IMG/VR virus record: IMGVR_UViG_3300030434_000013
Location: 1-31,847 of that record
Direction: 5' to 3' (one strand)
DNA length: 31,847 nt
DNA from: a virus
Lineage: Duplodnaviria; Caudoviricetes
Shown here: in pieces, positions 25,641 through 31,847 of the stretch
Layout of the letters: the number at the start of each line of letters is the position of its first letter
Position numbering within the stretch: position 1 is the stretch's first letter
Notes under the pieces: generated by a model
Databases searched by the model: none
Seen by the model: only the letters and a program-made list of their open reading frames with translations
What the model was told of the DNA's origin: nothing
Program-made: the position numbers and the translations under genes

Positions 25641-26231
25641 TCAATTTCCTTCCGTAATGACTAGAACTACACGTCCTAACACGCTTATGTCTTCAAGAGA
25701 ACAGTCAAAGGCCATACCGACTCCGCTAACACGCACTTTTTTGACTGGAATACGTGTCAATGTTCTGATGCTGGCTTTACCTTCGATGTCTACCAACCAT
25801 TCACCATCAAACACCTCTGCGAACTTTTGATCGAGAATGTACTGTGCTTTTTCGTCTTGAATACAGATAGGTGAGGATGGCAAGGGGGTTCCTGCCCGGA
25901 AGAATACCTTATCAAACATCACATAGCCTGAATCAAAAAGCTGACCATCCACGAGTTTTCTACGTGGGAATTTCATGATGTCTAAAGAGTCATCTTCAAA
26001 CTTTTTACCATGACCCGTAGAGAGCCATTCTAATGATGCGCCTGTTTCAGCTACACATCTAACTACCATATCAGCAGGAAAAACGCCTCGTTTGAACCTC
26101 GCAGAAAGGCTGCTTGAAGCCATTTCAAAATGGTCTGCCAGCTGTAGTTTCGATGTAAAACCATACGCTTCTATTACGCGATCAAGTACATCACTACTGT
26201 GCCCTATTTGCTCGAAGGGAAATTTACTCAT
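25641..26231 (-). CDS. cI: 186/HP1-type CI repressor
   Basis: VLDRVIEAYGFTSKLQLADHF...ETGASLEWL...DGEWLVDIEG. Start at 26231 (ATG) or 26240. Confidence 0.92.
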   Translation of the reverse strand: MSKFPFEQIGHSSDVLDRVIEAYGFTSKLQLADHFEMASSSLSARFKRGVFPADMVVRCVAETGASLEWLSTGHGKKFEDDSLDIMKFPRRKLVDGQLFDSGYVMFDKVFFRAGTPLPSSPICIQDEKAQYILDQKFAEVFDGEWLVDIEGKASIRTLTRIPVKKVRVSGVGMAFDCSLEDISVLGRVVLVITEGN

Positions 26232-26244
26232 AAGCGCCACTCTC

Positions 26245-26319
26245 TCGACTAAGGCGAAATTATATTGATTTCTCTATTTAGTCGAAGTAGAGTCTCTCCG
26301 TGTTGTAGGTTTAGTCGAA
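26245..26319. promoter_or_regulatory. cI/cox switch region with repeated operator half-sites
   Basis: TTAGTCGAA at 26278 and 26311; its reverse complement TCGACTAA at 26245. Confidence 0.5.
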
Positions 26320-26365
26320 AGTTGATGAGCGTTGCCGCGCTCTACTGAACATAGGAGTTTGCCTT

Positions 26366-26587
26366 ATGCGTCCCAACATTACAATTGCCATCCCCACACC
26401 TTACTTGCCTATTGATGAATACTGCCGGATCACTGGAACGCCTATGGGTACTGCCCGCGATATGGTGCGCGATGGTCGTCTGCCTATCCGTGGAAAGGGC
26501 AATAAGCCAAAAGCACGTGTGGAAATCAACATGGCCGCGCTGACCGTTCAGGCGTTAAGCGAATGCAATATTTCGCTTAATGCGTAA
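26366..26587 (+). CDS. Cox/Apl-like regulator and excision factor
   Basis: Divergent from cI; AGGAG RBS; PYLPIDEYCRITG...GRLPI...INM. Confidence 0.85.
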   Translation: MRPNITIAIPTPYLPIDEYCRITGTPMGTARDMVRDGRLPIRGKGNKPKARVEINMAALTVQALSECNISLNA

Positions 26588-26617
26588 TCAATCCTACGGA
26601 TTCGGGAAACGCAAACA

Positions 26618-26794
26618 ATGTTTGATTACCAAACTTCCAAACATGCGCATTTTGATGCAGCTTGCCGAGCGTTTGCGCTGTCGCACAATCTGGAAGATGT
26701 CGCCGCTGCCGTTGGTATGCGTCCACAGATCCTGCGCAATAAGTTGAACCCGATTCAACCGCATCGCCTGACCTGTGACGAGCTACTGGCTATT
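26618..26794 (+). pseudogene. cII: cII (CP76 family) N-terminal fragment
   Basis: MFDYQTSKHAHFDAACRAFA...LRNKLNPIQPHRLT; similarity ends after about 59 codons. Confidence 0.85.
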
Positions 26795-26986
26795 CCCGGT
26801 CAGTGTGATACCAAAATACTGCTCTGCAATGTTGACGATGTAAGACCGGAACACTTCCGCCTGTGCTTTGGACGCGGACAGGAAGATTTGTGGATCGCCC
26901 GTCATTACCGCATTTTCGAACGCCTCAAACGCAAAGTACCAGGTTGCACCGATCTGGCGGCTTTTCAGGATGTTCCTGACCAGCTG
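26792..26986 (-). pseudogene. internal fragment of terminase ATPase subunit
   Basis: [19 protein letters not shown]...[11 protein letters not shown] (P2 gpP/HP1-type Walker A region). Confidence 0.88.
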
Positions 26987-27058
26987 TCTCTGATGCGGAT
27001 TGATACATCGCTGGCGCCTGATATTGAATGGCCGGAGGTTCCACAAGATGTGGCGTGA
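26984..27058 (+). pseudogene. C-terminal fragment of a tail fibre assembly gene
   Basis: [20 protein letters not shown]. Confidence 0.8.
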
Positions 27059-27773
27059 GGCGCAGATTGCATTCAGCGATTCAGTTGCGGCTTTGAATTG
27101 TTCAGTTATCCCGGCTCATCCGTGGATTTACGGGCTGGGACAGCATACAGAAAACGGTGCTTATCTTAGCCCGGTTAATGCGATCACTTACCTGGCTGAA
27201 AAACTTGCCGGAACGGGCGGGGCTGCTGATATCGTGATCATGATGGTTTCTGGCCAGACGCATGAAAGTTTTATGGCCAGCCTCAATAAACTTGTGGATG
27301 TGTTTCCCAGTCCGGCATTTACCCAGGTGCGGAGGCTGGCGCAGTCCGCCGCGCAGCTGGCTAATGAGAAGATGCAAATCCCGGCAAAATACAGTCAGAG
27401 TTTGCCAGCGGCGATCCCGCTTTCGGTGCCTACAAGCCGTACCGCACTGGCTGCTGCTGCGGTGAAGAAAGCCCAGCAGGAAGCCGCAAAAGTAGCGGAT
27501 TTGACGGGACTAAAAGAGCTGATGGCGGATTTCACACAGCAGCGTGAAAGCCTGATTTCTGGCATTGCCAGCGGGTTGGCGGAATTGAAGGAAAAAAGCG
27601 CCAGGGCATGGGTATTTACCTCCAGCGGCGATCTGCCGTCCACGCTCCTGGAGCTGGTAAAAGGGATTCCGCTTCAGTCCTCCGTGTACACCGCAGCGAT
27701 GATGCTGGTTGGCGACAATCTCGACGGCATAAAAGGAATGATACATGACATCGAACCCGACACTGGCGCTTAA
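27048..27773 (+). CDS. HP1/K139-type distal tail-module protein (Orf33-like)
   Basis: GGAGG RBS; MWRE...HPWIYG...YLSPVNAI; position after tfa. Confidence 0.7.
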   Translation: MWREAQIAFSDSVAALNCSVIPAHPWIYGLGQHTENGAYLSPVNAITYLAEKLAGTGGAADIVIMMVSGQTHESFMASLNKLVDVFPSPAFTQVRRLAQSAAQLANEKMQIPAKYSQSLPAAIPLSVPTSRTALAAAAVKKAQQEAAKVADLTGLKELMADFTQQRESLISGIASGLAELKEKSARAWVFTSSGDLPSTLLELVKGIPLQSSVYTAAMMLVGDNLDGIKGMIHDIEPDTGA

Positions 27774-28293
27774 CGGCGAAGCCATTTTGCTGAAGAACAT
27801 GCGCGTTACGGTTTCCCAGCAATTCCAGGATAAAGACCAGTCCGGCCAGACAAGTTCCACGACAAAATCAGAGCAGGGCATAAAAGGCAAAGAGCTGCGC
27901 GTATCAGGGGAAATCCCGTATAAAAATCCGGAGATCCTGCGTCGTATCTTTGAGCTGGGCAGCGCGACGGATGCCAGCGGCCAGCGCCAGAAATACCGTG
28001 TAGCGCATGAGGCCGCGCGGGCTGTGAATTTTCGGGAGGCGACTTTCACGGGAACCCTGGACGCGCCGCCGCAGGACGGGCGCATGTCCTGGCTGGTTAC
28101 GTTCACATTAACCGAGCATATCAGCGTGCAGGAAAAACGTGAGGCCAGGGCTAGCGGAAAAAACAAAGCCGTGAAACAAACGCCGGGAAGTGGCAGCGGC
28201 AAGAACGGAAGTCAGACAGCTGGCGAGGATGAAGAAAAACTGACGTGGTTTGAACGCAAGGTGCTCAAGCCCGTAAATGATGCACTGGGATAA
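27745..28293 (+). CDS. HP1/K139-type tail protein (Orf34-like)
   Basis: LALNGE...DQSGQTSST...EQGIKGKELRVSG...WLVTFTLTE. Confidence 0.72.
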   Translation: MTSNPTLALNGEAILLKNMRVTVSQQFQDKDQSGQTSSTTKSEQGIKGKELRVSGEIPYKNPEILRRIFELGSATDASGQRQKYRVAHEAARAVNFREATFTGTLDAPPQDGRMSWLVTFTLTEHISVQEKREARASGKNKAVKQTPGSGSGKNGSQTAGEDEEKLTWFERKVLKPVNDALG

Positions 28294-28295
28294 AA

Positions 28296-29972
28296 ATGAA
28301 GCCGATTAAACGCCTGTACCTTTCAACGGATGAAATCCACCTGGCTGATGCCAGCCTGGTGCTGGAGCTGAACAGCTGCGGCCGGGGGTTTATTACTGCC
28401 GGGACAACGCAGGACTATACGGGGAAACTGGTGCGTCTCGATGTGGGTTATACCGATCTGGTGTTGCGCTGGTTCACCGGGTATGTGGAGCGCTCGCAAC
28501 CTGCTGAAAATGGTTTCCAGCGGTTGTTTGTTCGTGAGCTGGTCGGCGTGTTTGAACGTCTGTGGCCATGCTCATTCCAGCATCCTACGCTGCGCGATGT
28601 AGCCAGCTGGTTGACGGAGCATAGCGGGCTGACATTCAGTGTCCCGGATGCAGAGTATTCAGACCGTCCGATCCCACATTTCACCCATAGCGGTACGGGT
28701 TATCAGTTGCTGGATAATCTGGGTAAAGCTTTTGGCGTTTCGGATTACGTCTGGTACCAGCTGCCGGACGGCGGGGTATATGTAGGCGGCGCGGGAAAAG
28801 CCCTCTTTGCTGATCGCCCGGTTGAGATCCCCCATGAATTTAACCAGGGGGCTGCCGGGGGGAACTCCATGACGCTTCCCCTGGTGCAAAGTCTGCGCCC
28901 CGGCGTGGATCTGAACGGGGAGAGGGTGACAAAAGTCCACCTGCAAAATGACACGATGGCTGTGACATGGACACCGCGCAACCGCTCAACGGGTCAGGCT
29001 CTCCAGAAAACGCCCGTGCAGCGCCAGATTGAAAGCCATTATCCGGAGCTGGCATCCGGGATGCACTTACCAAAATTCGCCCGCGTCATGAATCCCGTTG
29101 AAGCGGTCAAAAGCGGCAATTTCTCCGATCCGTTCCGTCCTCGTTATGCGGTAGATGTGCAGCTGTTAGACGCGGACGGCAACCCGGATAAAGACACGCC
29201 TGTTTACTCAGCTGTGCCTCTGCCGGTTCCTATGGCGGGTAACGATTCCGGGATGTTCCAGTTTCCCCCTGAAGGGACGCTGGTTGAAATTGCTTTTACT
29301 GGCGGAAGGCCGGATAAGCCCTTTGTGCGGCAGACCGTGCCGGAGGGAACAAGCTTACCGGATATCCAGCCTGGCGAGCAGCTGCAACAGCAGCGTGCGG
29401 AAGTGTCGCAGCGCGTTACCCAGGCGGGCGACTGGGTGAGGCAGACAGACCAGACGATCAGTGAAACATCTATGGCGCGGATGGTTAAGGCCGATACGGA
29501 GCAGCGGGAGCTGGTCAGCCGGGAAACTACCATTAAGGCCACGGACAAAGTTACGGTGCTGGGCACGTCCACGCTGATGGCCGGAGCCATTCAGCAGGTA
29601 TGTACGGGTGATTACAGCCAGGCAGTGAATAACCGCGTTGCGAGTATCGGCGGCAATGATGAAACGGACATAGCCGGGAGCCAGTCAGTCACAACGGGAA
29701 AAGACCTGATCGAGAAAATTGGGCAGATACGTAAAAGCGTGGCGGCTGTTCAACAGCAGATTATCGCCCCGGTGGTGTGGATTGGTTCTGGTGCCATCAA
29801 CGTGGCACAGCTGATGCTGGACACGCTGGAGGTGGTGAAAGAGCTGGCAGAGCAAACGGCAAGCCACACGCACAGCAATACAGGAGCACCAACCAACGCG
29901 GGAGCCATCCGGAGCACCGGAGCGAAAGCGGACACACTGAACGGCAAATATTCCCCGGTGATTGGCAAATAA
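28296..29972 (+). CDS. HP1/K139-type hub-spike protein (Orf35-like)
   Basis: DPFRPRYAVDVQLLD, PPEGTLVEIAF (gpV-like OB-fold), beta-repeat region, C-terminal HTH (His-Thr-His) metal motif. Confidence 0.72.
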   Translation: MKPIKRLYLSTDEIHLADASLVLELNSCGRGFITAGTTQDYTGKLVRLDVGYTDLVLRWFTGYVERSQPAENGFQRLFVRELVGVFERLWPCSFQHPTLRDVASWLTEHSGLTFSVPDAEYSDRPIPHFTHSGTGYQLLDNLGKAFGVSDYVWYQLPDGGVYVGGAGKALFADRPVEIPHEFNQGAAGGNSMTLPLVQSLRPGVDLNGERVTKVHLQNDTMAVTWTPRNRSTGQALQKTPVQRQIESHYPELASGMHLPKFARVMNPVEAVKSGNFSDPFRPRYAVDVQLLDADGNPDKDTPVYSAVPLPVPMAGNDSGMFQFPPEGTLVEIAFTGGRPDKPFVRQTVPEGTSLPDIQPGEQLQQQRAEVSQRVTQAGDWVRQTDQTISETSMARMVKADTEQRELVSRETTIKATDKVTVLGTSTLMAGAIQQVCTGDYSQAVNNRVASIGGNDETDIAGSQSVTTGKDLIEKIGQIRKSVAAVQQQIIAPVVWIGSGAINVAQLMLDTLEVVKELAEQTASHTHSNTGAPTNAGAIRSTGAKADTLNGKYSPVIGK

Positions 29973-29987
29973 GCCATTTAAGACCTG

Positions 29988-30010
29988 AGCCCGCGCAAGC
30001 GGGTTTTTTT
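29988..30010 (+). terminator. rho-independent terminator
   Basis: CCCGC-GCAA-GCGGG followed by T7. Confidence 0.85.
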
Positions 30011-30194
30011 ATGCCCATCACCCCCAGGCGGGGATGTCTCTTCTCTATCCTCACAAACAGACTTTACCACGCGCAACCTGCAGCGCTCTGGCGTGTTCCA
30101 TCCTTTCAGGCAGTCAGCGCCACCCTTAAAGCAGATCGTGCCCACAGCAGGGCGCTGGCGCGTCACAGCATGGCAAAAAAAATCTTTCGCAGAC

Positions 30195-30230
30195 AAAAAT
30201 CGCACTACACCGCACCCGCCTGCGGTTTTT
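30195..30230. other. candidate cos region
   Basis: AAAAATCGCA-N16-TGCGGTTTTT inverted flanks. Minus strand GCAGGCGGGTGCGGTGTAGTGCG loosely resembles P2-type cos, and the position after the last tail gene matches HP1. Confidence 0.4.
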
Positions 30231-30463
30231 GGATCATAAAAATTTTTCAGTTTTATTTTTCGTCAAACCAGACCGCCAGCCCGCGCCACTGCTGGCGGAT
30301 TTACGGAAAACCAGAACTGAAAAGATTGAAAAGAATTTCAGCACTTTTCACTTTCTTGGATCTGTTGAGGATCTAATTGCAAACATAACTTCAAGATAAT
30401 TAATGATATTTTAGATTTTAAGTGAAATGAGACGATCAAATGTTATGGGGCCAGGTGGTAAAT

Positions 30464-30496
30464 AAAAACCCGCATGGCGAGAACTGACGCGGGTTT
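30464..30496 (-). terminator. possible terminator for the 30518 gene
   Basis: AAACCCGC...GCGGGTTT stem with an A-run on +; large loop. Confidence 0.4.
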
Positions 30497-30517
30497 GGTG
30501 ATTGTTGTTCTATTTTT

Positions 30518-31192
30518 TTACTGAAAAATTTGGGCTAGTAAATGCCTTAAAGGTTTAAGACTAAGCACTAAAACAGCGATCCAAGCAAAAGAGTGAGGTA
30601 AGTAATGTTGTCCAACTAATGGGGTGTCAAAGAGTCTTGTCGCAAGAAATTTTGCTTCAAAGAATAGGCACTTCCAATAACCAAGGTTTAGAGGCGTAAA
30701 CTTACCATTCTCGATGTTGCTGGCTTTGGGGCCAAAATGCACATACTTCGCAGTCCCTGCAGAGTCATTTCCAAGGAATGATAGTTTGAATCTACGAACC
30801 AATAATCCGCGTTCGTAATGAATATAGTTTCCGGGCACACCTTTGGGTATGGATGGGTCGTTCCATCCCCATTTACATACGGAATAAGCACCCGGAAAGC
30901 CAAATTTTTTAGCACTGAAAACACTGTGTACCAAATTGGATGTGTTGACTTTATCCACAATCAATTTGTCGATAGTAGGCCTGTTCTCGTGTAAAGAAAG
31001 GACAGTAAAGCGCTGCCAAACAAACAACCAGAAGATAATCAGAATAAGTGGAAAGGTTTTAGTTGCCTGAAGTGAAACCCCCGAGTTTCCTATCGGTATC
31101 GAACCTGATACCGAACCAATACCCAAAAAAATAGCTATCAAGGCTAGCGACAACGAGATTAGTAGTATCGATACGGTATTCACTTTGTCCAT
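30518..31192 (-). CDS. membrane protein (three hydrophobic segments), cargo
   Basis: ATG at 31192 after GAGGGA; AT-rich. Confidence 0.7.
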   Translation of the reverse strand: MDKVNTVSILLISLSLALIAIFLGIGSVSGSIPIGNSGVSLQATKTFPLILIIFWLFVWQRFTVLSLHENRPTIDKLIVDKVNTSNLVHSVFSAKKFGFPGAYSVCKWGWNDPSIPKGVPGNYIHYERGLLVRRFKLSFLGNDSAGTAKYVHFGPKASNIENGKFTPLNLGYWKCLFFEAKFLATRLFDTPLVGQHYLPHSFAWIAVLVLSLKPLRHLLAQIFQ

Positions 31193-31361
31193 TTTGACGA
31201 GTCCCTCAGGCTCTGCCGCCATTTTACCGCTAATTGCCATGTGTATAGCAATTAAGTTAATGATTTTAAATTTTTATATTAACAGGCAACAAAAAAACAC
31301 ATCTGTAAGATATGAATTTTCATGTTTAATAGCATTCTTTAACCATTCTAATGAAAATCAA

Positions 31362-31847
31362 TTACTTAAGTATATGATCGATCCGAAGTTGTCTTGCTCT
31401 TATCTGTAGGGCTTTTTGAATAACGCGTAATTGGTTAGATAACTTATACCCTAATGAAAAAAATAAGTAAGCCGTTACAAGTATGCTAACCATCAAGAAA
31501 TGAACAAAAAGCACATCACTATTGCTAAAGTCCGCAAAAGACGGCATTTCGAGTCCAAGAGATGCTTTGACTTCAAAAAAATCTAATTTTTGATACATCA
31601 AATTACTTACAAGAATGCAGAGTAGGAGGTATGTACTCCAAATCACAGACATACGTACTGTTCTGAATAGGTACAATGACATATAAATTGAGTCCTGCAT
31701 CAACAGGTGAGCTAGCTGATGCAAATTTCTACGGATGCTCATTCTCCTTTTTTTAAATTTTGAGGAGAAAAGGCTTAAAATTTTCAAAATGCCGTCTTTT
31801 ATGACTGTACCGAAGATAGAGGCTATCGCACCACCGATCAAAAGCAT
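31362..31847 (-). CDS. membrane protein, cargo (may extend beyond window)
   Basis: AT-rich ORF with about three hydrophobic segments; reaches the window edge. Confidence 0.65.
   Translation of the reverse strand: MLLIGGAIASIFGTVIKDGILKILSLFSSKFKKRRMSIRRNLHQLAHLLMQDSIYMSLYLFRTVRMSVIWSTYLLLCILVSNLMYQKLDFFEVKASLGLEMPSFADFSNSDVLFVHFLMVSILVTAYLFFSLGYKLSNQLRVIQKALQIRARQLRIDHILK

Larger units (their letters stand above)
22835..31847. mobile_element. collapsed HP1/K139-like prophage remnant (right end outside window)
   Basis: att, int, cI, cox, cII fragment, terminase fragment and distal tail genes; no replication, capsid, sheath or lysis genes. Confidence 0.82.

Noticed and set aside
26783-27046. 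Intact terminase gene able to complement element 1
   Set aside because: Only about 65 internal codons; the ORF's first residues are the antisense of the tfa fragment.
29777-30376. 199-aa plus-strand ORF
   Set aside because: It crosses a clear terminator and the structured non-coding cos-like region; composition is implausible.
1-31847. CRISPR array, IS element, retron or DGR
   Set aside because: No repeat-spacer array, transposase or reverse transcriptase motif seen; fibre variation is explained by inversion.

Overview
Enterobacterial chromosomal window (Enterobacter-like; this is an impression from sequence style) containing two P2-family prophage remnants in tandem at a tRNA-Ile2(CAT) attachment site. 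The tRNA 3' half is repeated at 1402-1447 and 22835-22879. Element 1 (about 1.4-22.9 kb) is coliphage-186-like. It keeps int, cI, replication gene A with its origin, a LexA-controlled tum antirepressor, a complete lysis cassette, contractile tail/baseplate modules, an invertase-switched tail fibre and the ogr/B late activator. It lacks all head/packaging genes (Q,P,O,N,M,L), a recognisable cos, head-joining gene S, cII and nearly all of apl. This selective loss is best read as a domesticated, SOS-inducible R-type tailocin with two switchable target specificities (inference). An OLD-like ATPase-TOPRIM gene is coupled downstream of its int. Element 2 (22.8 kb to beyond the window end) is a collapsed HP1/K139-like prophage. 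Its lysogeny operon is cI - NDT-like gene - int - membrane protein. It also keeps cox, a chimeric cII/antisense-terminase/tail-fibre-assembly ORF made by two deletions, three distal tail genes, a candidate cos and AT-rich membrane-protein cargo. All family assignments come from recalled motifs and homologues; no searches were run.
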